A stretch of 64,000 nucleotides of DNA from a virus: the IMG/VR virus record IMGVR_UViG_3300009514_000004, positions 14,387 through 78,386 of that record; one strand, given 5' to 3'. Made by a program: the position numbers and the translations under genes. This document shows, one piece after another, positions 33,482-45,237 of this stretch (the stretch's first letter is position 1; each line of letters begins with the position of its first letter). Below the pieces are notes generated by a model. The model was not told the origin of the DNA and did no database searches. It saw nothing but the letters and a program-made list of their open reading frames with translations.

Positions 33482-35104
33482 GTGGCAGAACGACAGCCCA
33501 GAGACATCGTCACCGGCTACCAAGCTCGACTCAGACTGCTCGAGGGTGCTACGACCCTCGCCGAGGTCGTGGCGGTCACCTTGGGGCCTCACGGGCGGAC
33601 GGTGGCCCTTCAGAGGCCCGCTGGCCTCCTCACCACCAAGGACGGAGTCACGGTCGCCCGAGAGGTTGACCCCTCTGGGTCTGTGGAGGCCCTTGGAGCG
33701 AAGATGTTCCGGGAGGCCTGCCTCCGGGTCCACAAGGAGGCAGGAGACGGCACAACGTCCACTGCGGTGGTCGCAGCGTCGCTTCTGGCCCAGGGGCAGA
33801 AGCTCTTGTTGGCCGGCGTCGACATGAACCTGTTCCTCCAAGGCCTCAAGCAAGCTGCCCAGGTCGCGATCGACAGCGTCCGGGCCATCGTGTCCGAGGT
33901 TGAAGACCAAGGGGTCCTCGAGCGCGTGGCCATGGTCTCGTCCAACGGCGACGAGGAGATGGCGACCAACGTGGCTGAGGCTTGCATGTCCGCCGGCGAG
34001 GGCGGAACCGTGGTCGTCCAAGACGGACAACGAGTCGGCATCAACCTGGTGTTCAAGAACGGCATGGAGATCCCGACTCGCATCAACAGCTCCTTCCTTC
34101 GGGAGAGCCTTCCCGACACGGTCGAAGGACCCCATGTCGCCGTCATCAACAAGGCCCTGACCTCGTTCAAGGACGTGCGCGACGTCATCGAGTGCATGAC
34201 CCAGTACCCGCCGCACCACCTGATCTTGTTCGCGCCTTCGATCAGTGCCGAGGCTCAGGAGACCATCGCCGTCAACATGTTGGGCAACTCGAGGATTCGC
34301 GGGACGTCCCAGGTGTACGCGCTCGACGCTCCTGGGACGAAGTTCAAGAAAGTCGAGTTCCTCAAGGACATCGCAGCGCTGGCCGACGCCAGGTTCGTCG
34401 ACCCCGCTGCCGGCTACGACCACACCCACTGGGATCCCGCCTGGTTCGGGTCTTTCCGTCGGGTCGCCATTGGCCGAGAGACGACCCTGTTGACAGCGTA
34501 CCCGACTGCTTTCGACTCGACCCAGGCGCGCGTCCAGGTGCTCCAACACGAGCGTGCTCGATCGGACTCCGACTACGACAAGGACCAGCTCACCCAACGC
34601 ATCGCCAAGCTCGTGGGCGGCCTGGTCATCCTCGAGATCTCCGGGCAGACCGAGGCGGCACTCAAGGAGCGCCGTGGACGCCTCGAGGACGCCCTTGCAG
34701 CCGTCCGAGGGGCCCTGGAAGGAGGAGTGGTCCCCGGGGCCGGCACGGCGTATCTGGAGGCCTCTCAGGCGTGTCTGAAGACGTTCCAGGGGATGCAGGG
34801 ACCACAAGAGTACCGGATGGCCTTCCGAGTCCTGGCTCGAGCGCTCGAGTGTCCGTTGAGGCAGCTGGCCGACAACGCCGGCAAGAGCCCAGGGGATGTC
34901 CTCTCCAGGGTCCTCCGGGCTCGGGAGGATGACGAGTACGGGTGGGTCGGTTGGGACGCCACGGTCGACAAGATACGTGACCTCGGCGCCAACCCGGTCA
35001 TCGCAGATCCCCTCCCTGTCGTAGAGGAGGTGATCCGATCCGCCGTAGCGGTCACGTCGCTGATGCTGACGTGTGAAACAGTGGTATCCCGGAGGTCCAA
35101 GTGA
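33482..35104 (+). CDS. groEL: GroEL-like chaperonin
   Basis: TLGP.GR, TKDGVTVAREV, AGDGTTS, RIAKL.GG, GVVPGAG. Confidence 0.93.
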   Translation: MAERQPRDIVTGYQARLRLLEGATTLAEVVAVTLGPHGRTVALQRPAGLLTTKDGVTVAREVDPSGSVEALGAKMFREACLRVHKEAGDGTTSTAVVAASLLAQGQKLLLAGVDMNLFLQGLKQAAQVAIDSVRAIVSEVEDQGVLERVAMVSSNGDEEMATNVAEACMSAGEGGTVVVQDGQRVGINLVFKNGMEIPTRINSSFLRESLPDTVEGPHVAVINKALTSFKDVRDVIECMTQYPPHHLILFAPSISAEAQETIAVNMLGNSRIRGTSQVYALDAPGTKFKKVEFLKDIAALADARFVDPAAGYDHTHWDPAWFGSFRRVAIGRETTLLTAYPTAFDSTQARVQVLQHERARSDSDYDKDQLTQRIAKLVGGLVILEISGQTEAALKERRGRLEDALAAVRGALEGGVVPGAGTAYLEASQACLKTFQGMQGPQEYRMAFRVLARALECPLRQLADNAGKSPGDVLSRVLRAREDDEYGWVGWDATVDKIRDLGANPVIADPLPVVEEVIRSAVAVTSLMLTCETVVSRRSK

Positions 35105-35481
35105 ACGTCGACGAGGTCACCGGCATCCTGCGTCTTCTCCGAGAGACGCTGCACGGGCTCAAGATGGCTGATAGCGGCGGTTGGTGGAAGTCCGACCCCG
35201 AGCTGGCCCCGCTGTTCCTGGAGGGCGTGTACAACCAGATCGTCCTGCTCGACCTGTACCTGACGGACTCGGCCGGGTCGCTCGAGCCGGACATGAAGGA
35301 TCTGTTGAACCTGTGGACGAGAGTAGACTGTGATGTACAGCTCTCCGATGGGGAGTCGGTGCTACAACTTCGACCCTCCAGTGATGACGTCGTGCAACTG
35401 TCCACCACATCTGGTCGCGTCCGCGTACGTTGGGGACGCATCGACACCGAAGCGTCCCAGGCGACGGAGTTCAAGCTATGA
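35101..35481 (+). CDS. hypothetical protein
   Basis: GTGA coupling; too large and dissimilar for GroES. Confidence 0.65.
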   Translation: MNVDEVTGILRLLRETLHGLKMADSGGWWKSDPELAPLFLEGVYNQIVLLDLYLTDSAGSLEPDMKDLLNLWTRVDCDVQLSDGESVLQLRPSSDDVVQLSTTSGRVRVRWGRIDTEASQATEFKL

Positions 35482-35927
35482 GCGGCCAGGGTCCCCCTCC
35501 ATTCCCGTGGAAGACCGGCACGAGCGAGAGTTACACGGCGTTCACCGTCGCCGTCGACGTCTGCCAGGACCAGCGGAAGCGTGTCTGGTCCGACCAGCGA
35601 TTCCCCACCGCTGAGGACGCAGCTGCGGCTCAGACCTTGGATGGCGATGCCATCCAGCAGATCGCGTACGCTCTGCTGACCGAGGCGTTGCGTCGGGAAC
35701 TGTATCTCGACGCGATGGTGGAGCTGTCCAACAACCCCGACTTCATCACGGCCTGGGTCAACGCTGACCCCCAAGGGAAGACCAAGCTCGAGCACGAGCT
35801 GGCCAACGCAGGCCTGACGGTGATGTTCCAGGGGCTCGGCAAGATGGCCCCGAGCGTGGCCCGCGAAACCTTCCTGCGCGTCAAGGACGCGATCGAGTCC
35901 CAAGGAGAGCCAGATGCAGCTCTCTGA
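35478..35927 (+). CDS. hypothetical protein
   Basis: ATGA coupling. Confidence 0.7.
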   Translation: MSGQGPPPFPWKTGTSESYTAFTVAVDVCQDQRKRVWSDQRFPTAEDAAAAQTLDGDAIQQIAYALLTEALRRELYLDAMVELSNNPDFITAWVNADPQGKTKLEHELANAGLTVMFQGLGKMAPSVARETFLRVKDAIESQGEPDAAL

Positions 35928-36165
35928 GGCACACAGAGCACGTCTCGAGGAGCACTGTCGGAGCTTCCTCAAACGGCTCGAAGCGGCGCCTCGGGAGCTG
36001 AGCCCGGCCGAGCGACAGGTCTACCTGGAAGCGTTCAAGGAAGGGTTTCTGAATGGGTACGCAGCGGGGGCGGAGGCGGGAGTCGACGTGGGCTATGAGG
36101 TAGGGGTCGATGCGGCGGTATTGGAGATGGTCGCGTCGCTCTCGCCGGAGGCCGGCAGGGCCTGA
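35914..36165 (+). CDS. hypothetical protein
   Basis: RBS AAGGAG. Confidence 0.65.
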   Translation: MQLSEAHRARLEEHCRSFLKRLEAAPRELSPAERQVYLEAFKEGFLNGYAAGAEAGVDVGYEVGVDAAVLEMVASLSPEAGRA

Positions 36166-36434
36166 TCTTCAGGATCGCGGCGCAAGCTGGTACCCGGCTT
36201 GAGTTTGACGACCAGCTCGCCGGGCACATTGACCCAACCCTCGCCTCCTATGCTCCGGACGGCGAATGGTTTACGGCGGACCATTCGAAACGTTCCCATT
36301 GGGGTTCGGACATGGTCCCCTTCAGGTAGGTGTGTGACCAACGCGTCGGCGATGGCCTCGAAGAAGGAACGCACGTACTTGGGTGTGGTTCCTGTTGCCT
36401 CCGCGATCTGGGAGGCCAGGGTCTGAAATCTCAT
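36093..36434 (-). CDS. hup: HU/IHF-like DNA-binding protein
   Basis: L...IAEATG....V..F......G..V...GTF....RK......V.VP...VK.KPG..L. Confidence 0.82.
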   Translation of the reverse strand: MRFQTLASQIAEATGTTPKYVRSFFEAIADALVTHLPEGDHVRTPMGTFRMVRRKPFAVRSIGGEGWVNVPGELVVKLKPGTSLRRDPEDQALPASGESDATISNTAASTPTS

Positions 36435-36505
36435 CAGTATCCTCTCTCGTTTTTCAGCCTATCGGTGAGGCCTCCATAGGAGATTGTACATGCCGGGCGG
36501 TCACC

Positions 36506-37141
36506 GTGGACACGACGAAAGAAGCGTTCAACAAGAACAACCCTACCGAGCTGCTAGGTCAGTTGGTCGCGGTCCTCCGTAAGGAGGGGCTCGACGACGT
36601 CGTAGCAACACTCAAGTCCAAGGGCGTCACGCGTCTGATCAACGACGCCTGGATGAACCGGAAGAAGCGCCGGAGTGGTTCAGGGGGCAGAGACCCGCTC
36701 GTCGACTCTCTGGTGTATCTGGCTCATGAGAACCCTTCTGCTCGGTCGCAACTTCTCCCCCTCATCAAGAGGTACCGCAGCGCGGCTGGCGGGAAAGTCG
36801 ACGCCCAGTTCTGGGTCGAGCCCAAGAGGGCCAAGAACATCTCGGTCAAAGAGTACGGCTCCGATGGCGGCGGTACCTCCGGCCGGTCGGGAGCTTTCGT
36901 GCTCTCTGGCACCCTCAAGGTGCAGCCCAAGGGTTACCGGTGGGTGATGGAAGTCCCGTTCACGGAGACGATTCAGGTGGCCGAGGAGCCGCGCTCGGGG
37001 ACCATCGCTTTCTCCAGCCGTGGGGGCGGCCTCAGTCAGATGATCGTCACCGCCATCGGCGACGCCTACGAAACCGAGAACGCGGTCATGCGTCTGATCG
37101 GGAAGGTCCCCTACGTGCCTGACCCCGCCGAAATTCAGTAG
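36506..37141 (+). CDS. hypothetical (probable virion) protein
   Basis: LVYLAHENPSARSQLLPLI motif shared with 40012. Confidence 0.7.
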   Translation: MDTTKEAFNKNNPTELLGQLVAVLRKEGLDDVVATLKSKGVTRLINDAWMNRKKRRSGSGGRDPLVDSLVYLAHENPSARSQLLPLIKRYRSAAGGKVDAQFWVEPKRAKNISVKEYGSDGGGTSGRSGAFVLSGTLKVQPKGYRWVMEVPFTETIQVAEEPRSGTIAFSSRGGGLSQMIVTAIGDAYETENAVMRLIGKVPYVPDPAEIQ

Positions 37142-37152
37142 GAGCCGACTGC

Positions 37153-38397
37153 GTGCACACTCGAGAGGCCAAAGCAGACGTGACTCCGGTGCGGCAGCGC
37201 ACCCAGTACACGTGCATGGCCACCTCGATGATGATGTGCCTCCAGGCCCACGGCGTCGAGTGCACCGAGGACGAGGTCGCCGACGTCATGGGGTGCAAGC
37301 CCATGAAAGGCGCGTCCTGGGAAGACGCCCTGGCGTGCGCCCAGCACTACGGGATGCGCGCCACCCTGACGGCGCCGGCCACGGTCAAGCAGCTCAAGGT
37401 CTGCACCGACGCCGGAACCCCTGTGATGATCGCCTGGAACCCCGAGGGCCGACCGTGGTCGCACGCCTCGGTCGTGTTCCACGTCGACGACGACATGAAC
37501 GTTCACGTCGCCGACCCCAACATCCCCGACCCCGATGAGACCGTCCGTGTCGTGCCCAAGGCGGAGTTCTACTCGAAATGGTCGGAGAAATGGCCCAACT
37601 ACCTGGTGAGGCGGCCCGCCATGTCGATCGAGCGCGAGATCTCTCCAGACGGCCGCCAGATGGTCGCCAACATCATCGCTGCCGTTGGTCTGTGGGAACG
37701 GATCTCCAAGCCCAAGGGTCACCGGTTCGTCTCCGACGACATCGTCGCGTTCCTGACTCTCGAGCCCAAGAACGTCAAGTACAAGAACCGCAACGTCCCC
37801 TCCTGGGCCGACATCACCAACGACGGCGAGATGTTCGCCGACGGGCATGTCTCGCCGCGAGAGCAGGCGAAGATGTGGGAGGACCACCAGAAGCTCCTCA
37901 AGCAGGGGTGGTTCTGGGCTACCAAGAAGGTCCCGACCTGGCACCTGCTGGCCATCCACAAGGGAGCCAACAAGGCCTTCGAAGGCTGGTTCGAGGGTAT
38001 GTCCGAGAGCGAATCGCTCAAGCGGAGCGGTGACGCAGTCGACAAGATGAAGGGGCGCCGGCGTCCCAGCTGGCTGACCCCCGTCAAACCCTCGGCGACC
38101 AGGACCGTTCAGCGCCACCTGGCCAACGGAGACGCGGTCGAGGCCGGGCGCAAGAAACGCAAGAAGCCGCCGGAGTCGGCCAAGACCCGGATGAAGCCCA
38201 AGTCGAAGCCCACCAAGCCCAGGGATCCGCACTCCCGTGCGCGAGCTGAGGGTGTTGGGGCCGGCGGCGCGGGGCGCCACCACACCCGGCAGCGGGACAT
38301 CTCCAAGGGCCGATCCCGCAAACCCAAGCACAAGAAAGATTGGCGCGACGTGGCCGCGTCGGTCGTGAACCAGTTCCTCGAAAGGAGGGAGCGATGA
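37153..38397 (+). CDS. C39-like peptidase domain protein
   Basis: Q.TQYTCMATS, HASVV and VADP. Confidence 0.75.
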   Translation: MHTREAKADVTPVRQRTQYTCMATSMMMCLQAHGVECTEDEVADVMGCKPMKGASWEDALACAQHYGMRATLTAPATVKQLKVCTDAGTPVMIAWNPEGRPWSHASVVFHVDDDMNVHVADPNIPDPDETVRVVPKAEFYSKWSEKWPNYLVRRPAMSIEREISPDGRQMVANIIAAVGLWERISKPKGHRFVSDDIVAFLTLEPKNVKYKNRNVPSWADITNDGEMFADGHVSPREQAKMWEDHQKLLKQGWFWATKKVPTWHLLAIHKGANKAFEGWFEGMSESESLKRSGDAVDKMKGRRRPSWLTPVKPSATRTVQRHLANGDAVEAGRKKRKKPPESAKTRMKPKSKPTKPRDPHSRARAEGVGAGGAGRHHTRQRDISKGRSRKPKHKKDWRDVAASVVNQFLERRER

Positions 38398-40004
38398 GCC
38401 AACCCACCAACCCTCCGCACAACACCGGGCGTACCGACCCACCTTCCACCGGCGACCACGGTGGCAAACCCATCTACCCGAATGAGATCGACCACGGCTA
38501 CGATCAGCCCCTTTCCGGAGGACACGACATCATGAAGCGGCTGCAAAACAACCTGGTGCACGAGCAGGGGCGCCCGGACTACGTCCGAGACCCCAACCAC
38601 CACCTGGCGTCTCGCTCGATCGACGAGTCCCTGGCTCGCGTGAGCCGGCTCCGCCTGCCGACGCGACTGAGCAAGGACGACGAGAAGGAGGCCCGTCACC
38701 CCGAGGGGAAGAAGATGACCCTCGAGCAGGTCACCGCTCCGATGTCTCCCGAGGACAAGAAGAAGTTCAAGGACAAGAACGAGGAGCACGGGGACAAGTT
38801 CAAGGGCGCTGCGTCCGGTCGAACGATCAAGGTGCGGCACGACAGAGGGTCTTATTGGATTGAAACCGGAGGTCAACTGGAAGGTCCTTTCACTGCGGCG
38901 GATGCGGTTTTCAGGGTCGAGAAGCTCCTGACTGGGCCGGATGATATCGTTCTGGGTCCCAAATACTCGTTGGGACGAGCACAGGATGCGGTGTCGTACA
39001 GTCGCGCTCCTTTCGTGGTCTACGACCTTCGTGGGGACGAGGTCGACCAGGGATACTCCCTCAAGTCATTGTGGGCGAAGTATTTTCCGCGATTCTTGGG
39101 TTGGCGCATGGCGTCCGGCGACGAGAAGGTCTCCAAGCACCCCAAGGGCGAGAAGATGACCCTCGAGCAGGTCACCGAGGACCTCACCCCCGAGGGCAAG
39201 AAGAAGTTCGAGGACGAAAACGAAGAGAACCGCGACCAGTTCACCGGCAAGTCCGCGGCCCGGGCTCGTGGCGGCCTCTACGGCTACACCAAGGCCGTCC
39301 AGAGCGACTGTGAGGTCGCGAGCCGGCGGGTGGCCAAGATCGCGAGCCGGCTCGCCAAGAGCATCTACGGCCAGGATGAGCGGACCGCGCAGTTCCTCGC
39401 GACGCACTCCAAGAGGGCCAAGAGCCTCTCCGCCGACATCCTCATGGCCGCGATGACCAACATCGGACCGAAGTTCGCTTCCCTCGATCGGCTTGAGGAG
39501 CTGCGTGAGCAGCGTCGGGCCAAAGAGGAGCTGAACGAGCGGTCCCTCACGGAGTTCCTCGAGGGCCGGAAGGGGCGCACGGTCTCGGTCTCTGCGCTGA
39601 CCTACGCCTTCGGAGGTCAGCCCCAAAAGCACACCCAACTTCTCCAGGCGATGACCAAGAAGGGCATCCTGGAGAAGGTCCACAAGGGCGTCTACAGGCT
39701 CAAGCTCGCCTCTGACCGCGAGGCTGCGGACTACTCGATGTACGGGTACCCGACCAAGACGGTCCGCCTGGCCATGGGCGCCTGCTCGACCCTTCGCGAG
39801 GAGGCCGGCCGGATCGCTACCTCCCTCCACCGCCGTCGGACTGCCCGTCACGGGGACATCACCGGGTTCTTCAACCAGCACGCCAAGGCGGCCCAGTGCC
39901 GCTACGCGGAGATCCTGGGCCGGTACTACCCCGACGCCGAGGCCAAGCTCGCGTCGGCCCCGGTGCCTGACACCGTCGAGGGATGGTTGACCTGGGAGGA
40001 GTAG
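38394..40004 (+). CDS. mosaic probable internal virion protein with duplicated module
   Basis: Two copies of HP.G.KMTLEQVT....E.KKKF...NEE..D.F. Confidence 0.75.
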   Translation: MSQPTNPPHNTGRTDPPSTGDHGGKPIYPNEIDHGYDQPLSGGHDIMKRLQNNLVHEQGRPDYVRDPNHHLASRSIDESLARVSRLRLPTRLSKDDEKEARHPEGKKMTLEQVTAPMSPEDKKKFKDKNEEHGDKFKGAASGRTIKVRHDRGSYWIETGGQLEGPFTAADAVFRVEKLLTGPDDIVLGPKYSLGRAQDAVSYSRAPFVVYDLRGDEVDQGYSLKSLWAKYFPRFLGWRMASGDEKVSKHPKGEKMTLEQVTEDLTPEGKKKFEDENEENRDQFTGKSAARARGGLYGYTKAVQSDCEVASRRVAKIASRLAKSIYGQDERTAQFLATHSKRAKSLSADILMAAMTNIGPKFASLDRLEELREQRRAKEELNERSLTEFLEGRKGRTVSVSALTYAFGGQPQKHTQLLQAMTKKGILEKVHKGVYRLKLASDREAADYSMYGYPTKTVRLAMGACSTLREEAGRIATSLHRRRTARHGDITGFFNQHAKAAQCRYAEILGRYYPDAEAKLASAPVPDTVEGWLTWEE

Positions 40005-40011
40005 TCGATAG

Positions 40012-41138
40012 ATGCCATCGTTGCGCGAGAGGGTGGCCAGGCTAGCCCTGGAGAACCCCGAGAGGATCCGGGCGCACCTGGTGCCCCTTCTGCGCCGCAC
40101 AGCCGCAGGGACAGCTGAGGACATCACCCGGAACCTGCCCGCCTTCCAGTCGGCCTACAACGACATGGTGGCGGCGATCGCCGAGGCCCAGGGGAAGGGG
40201 CTTGACGGGGTTTCCCTGGGAGCCAGGCGCCGGGCCAACGTTCCCTGGGTCCAGCTGATGAACCTCGGGTACAAGATTGCTGAGGGGATCCTCTCGACCC
40301 GCAGCATCCCTGCCCGTCAGGCCAAGGGTCTGGAGATGGCGTACCGGCTGTTCTCCCAGTCCCGCCGAATGCCCAAGGACGCGTACAAGTGGTGGGCCAA
40401 GAACCAGAAGCGGTGCCTGCTCATCATCACCGCGGCCAACCAGTGGCCGGAGAAGCAGGAGGGCACCGACGAGCTGTTCGTCCTGGGGTCCTTCCGCGTC
40501 CATAACACGGTAGGGGCCACGGGTCCGGAGCTGGAGAGCCTGAAGAAGACCGTCGAGATGGCCGAGAAGATGGCCCGCCGGAACCCGGTGAAGGGGTTCA
40601 CCCGGACGGTCTACGGGGACATCCACGTGGTCGCGCGCCTCACCAAGGCCCACCACGCGGCCTGGTACCACTACGGTGACGACAGCCTCTACCTCCGCCG
40701 GGCCAAGAGGACCGGCATGGATGAGGTCCAGTCATTGGTCCACGAGCTGGGCCACCGCTACTGGGCGAAGTTCGCGCCAAAGGAAGCCAAGCTCGCCTGG
40801 CTCAGGCACCACAACCAGGTCTCGGGCAAGCCCGTGGACGTGGAGATGCCGGAGGTCGGAGATCCGGTCCCGGTCGTCCATATCCGAGGGCTCAAGGGCG
40901 ACCCGGTGGTCTCCCGCAAGGACGGCGCCAACTTCTACTTCGACGTCAAGGGCGAGGTGTTCAGCATCCCGTACATGCGGCTCTACAAGCTCATGAGGGA
41001 GCAGACCCGGCGCACCACCAACTTCCCGACCGCCTACGCCGCCAAGGACCACGAGGAGCACTTCTGTGAGGCTCTCAAGCTCCTGGCGGCGGGCGCACTC
41101 ACGGATGAGCATGCCATCCCGTTCAAGGCGATCTGGAG

Positions 41139-41142
<4 letters not shown>
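40012..41142 (+). CDS. zincin-like metallopeptidase domain protein
   Basis: VHELGHRYW (HExxH) and YA.KD.EEHFCE. Confidence 0.7.
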
Positions 41143-42755
<1,613 letters not shown>

Positions 42756-42872
42756 CGTTCGTTCCTCTCTTTACCTTGGGCATCCTCTCCGAGGAGGTTG
42801 TGCCGTGGCTATGTTGGATGCGACTGGGACAAAGCATCTTACCGTTGCAGGTCGTGTCGCAGGATTGATAGG

Positions 42873-42900
42873 AGTCTAGCACCTGCGACGGGCCTGTCAA
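42873..42900 (-). promoter_or_regulatory. sigma70-like promoter TTGACA-N16-TAGACT
   Basis: Read on the minus strand about 120 nt upstream of the sigma-like gene. Confidence 0.5.
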
Positions 42901-43038
42901 CCCTACCTTCCCCCGGTTTTTCGGGGGAATCCGGCAGGCCCGCAAGATCATTGATGATCCGCGGAGCGGAAATTTGGGGTTCGTTGGGGGGCCTATAGAG
43001 TTCGCTCTGACGAGAGGCTAACCGACGGACGGAGACCC

Positions 43039-44046
43039 ATGAGAACCCTGACAGCTCAAGAGGCCCGAAACCTGGCCAAGAAGGTGGCCGCTGATTTCCT
43101 CATGCGGATGGCGCGCCGGTTGGCGTTCCGTCGCTTTCTCCGCGCCGCCAGCCGAGGTGACCTCGACAAGCTCATGCGCCTCCAGGTCCTCGAGGGAGCT
43201 GCCGGGCAGATCGGTTCCTGGTCTCGGGGATCGGCTCGGTCAGGCATGTCCAAGGCCCGGGAGTGGTTCGCCGACAGTGGTCACCGAGTGAACCCGAGCT
43301 GGTTCCAGGAGAGCGGCACGGAGATGCTGTCTCTGATCGAGGGCATCCTCAAGCAGAACCTCCGTCGGTACAAGGTCTACAGCACCACCCCCGACGACCT
43401 CATCCAGAACGCCCTGGCCGGCCTCGGCGCCAACTTCAACCCGCTGCCCAGCGGCGACAAGTTCTCCGGAACCGGGAACGCTTTCAAGTCGAAAATCCTC
43501 AGCGGTGGGGAGACACCTACGTCCATCGCGGCGGCAGCTGCCAAGGTCATCACCCAGCAAATCATCGACATCTCCCGATCGGCCGAGCACAGGCGGACCG
43601 AGACTGTGGGCGAAGACCCCCGCCAGGGCATCAAGGAGATGTCCGAGGACACCGCGCTCGGTTTCCTGACCAACCTCATGATGGACCGCTCCGACCCGCT
43701 CGGCAAAAGGGTGCGCGACAAGATGCGTGGCTCGGCCGGAGGTGGCCGTCGGGAGCAGGTCATCAATCACATGATGGACTACGCCGAGAAGAACGGCCGC
43801 CTCCCCTCGAGCCTCCAGAGCGAGGCCAAGACTTTGGGGATGGCGCCCCAGGACCTGTCCCGTGCCTGGAAACAAGGGCAGGAGCGCGCCTTCGAGGCCA
43901 TCAAGCGCGACCGAGGTCTCTCTGACGCGATCGACGAGGCCCTCGACAAGGCCGGTCTCGGGGGCTCCTGGGGAGCCTCCCAGAAGAAGCGTCTCCCCCG
44001 CTGGGTACAAGGGTCTGACCAGGGGTGGATGGCCATCCCCTTCTGA
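43039..44046 (+). CDS. divergent sigma-like/HTH protein
   Basis: PDDLIQNAL and QQIIDISR (region-2-like); C-terminal HTH-like EAKTLGMAPQDLSRAW. Confidence 0.5.
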   Translation: MRTLTAQEARNLAKKVAADFLMRMARRLAFRRFLRAASRGDLDKLMRLQVLEGAAGQIGSWSRGSARSGMSKAREWFADSGHRVNPSWFQESGTEMLSLIEGILKQNLRRYKVYSTTPDDLIQNALAGLGANFNPLPSGDKFSGTGNAFKSKILSGGETPTSIAAAAAKVITQQIIDISRSAEHRRTETVGEDPRQGIKEMSEDTALGFLTNLMMDRSDPLGKRVRDKMRGSAGGGRREQVINHMMDYAEKNGRLPSSLQSEAKTLGMAPQDLSRAWKQGQERAFEAIKRDRGLSDAIDEALDKAGLGGSWGASQKKRLPRWVQGSDQGWMAIPF

Positions 44047-44053
44047 GCTTTCC

Positions 44054-44083
44054 TTGACAGCCCCCGAAATCCGGATCTAAGTT
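44054..44083 (+). promoter_or_regulatory. sigma70-like promoter TTGACA-N18-TAAGTT
   Basis: Perfect -35 and TAnnnT -10 ahead of an ORF-poor, hairpin-rich tract. Confidence 0.45.
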
Positions 44084-44579
44084 CGCCGGCAAGTTCTACT
44101 TGTCGTGCTCCCTGACTCGCTGTCGGAGCCCTCACACCCGAGGGAGTCCTTGATCGTGAGCAAAGCATCCTGGAAACGGGAGCGGTTGGGTATCTCGCCG
44201 CCTGAGTAGAGCCCAGCTCTTTCCAGCTCTACCAACGACGGTACCGCCACCGTGTCCGTACTTCTCCTTTGGGAGATAGGAACCCGGGGAGGACCCCGGC
44301 TGGTCGAAATCCTAAGTGGGTATAAGGCCAGCCCCTCGATATCGAGGAGAAGGCGGCCTCCTGGATTTCGCCTGGACCTCTAGTAGTAGTAGAACCTCTA
44401 CAGAACCAGGTGAGCGTGGCAAACGACAGTGCAGCCAGCGATACCTCATCATCTGTCCACGACAGCAACACCCCCACCAAGAGGACAACCACCTACACGA
44501 CCGACAGCTCGACCGGCCTCAATGGTTCGTCGATGGTCTTCCCCCTGTAGGAGACCGTTTACGTCCTCGAGGTGGATAG

Positions 44580-45038
44580 ATGCCCCAGATCAGTTTGACG
44601 ACGCTGGCGATAGGGGCCCTCCACGTGGTGACCAACAGATCCCTGTTGCTGTTCCCGACCTCTGCGCACAACCACCAGAGCTGGGAGGTCATCGTGAGCC
44701 TGAGTGCTTACCCCGGGCCTCTGCGTCCTGGGTACCGGGTGGCGTTCCCCCACGGGGTTCGCTGGGACGTCTGGCAGAGGGTCATCAAGCCGATCGTCGA
44801 GGACCGGGAGTACCTGCCCAGCAACCCGGCTATGCTGGCGCACCTCCAGTCCGGCAGCTTCGACACCTACATCTCCATCCTGGAGGAGGCGATCAGGCGA
44901 GGGCTGGTCGAGCACGGGTTCCTACCTGGTGGCCCCACAGAAGAGGAGCTGCCGACCGACAACCCGGAAGCGGGTATCGGTGAGCCCGTGAGTAGAGTGG
45001 ATCCAGACATCCCGTCGTACAAGCAGTACGACTGCTAG
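44580..45038 (+). CDS. hypothetical protein
   Basis: RBS GAGGT. Confidence 0.7.
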   Translation: MPQISLTTLAIGALHVVTNRSLLLFPTSAHNHQSWEVIVSLSAYPGPLRPGYRVAFPHGVRWDVWQRVIKPIVEDREYLPSNPAMLAHLQSGSFDTYISILEEAIRRGLVEHGFLPGGPTEEELPTDNPEAGIGEPVSRVDPDIPSYKQYDC

Positions 45039-45048
45039 GAGGACCTGG

Positions 45049-45237
45049 GTGGCCAACCAAGCCAAAGGCAAAAAGAAAGACGAGACCGTGTGGATGAGCT
45101 GTCGTGCTCGCCAGGGCTGTGAGGGCAACCAGGCCAAGGTGGTGTTCCGGCGGCGGCTAGCCATCCAGCAGGGTGGGGGGACGGCGACCCGGTACAGGTG
45201 CATGACCTGCAACGGGGTGTTCCACATCCGTCACTAG
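45049..45237 (+). CDS. small Zn-ribbon protein
   Basis: C.....C and YRCMTC; RBS GGAGG. Confidence 0.7.
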   Translation: MANQAKGKKKDETVWMSCRARQGCEGNQAKVVFRRRLAIQQGGGTATRYRCMTCNGVFHIRH

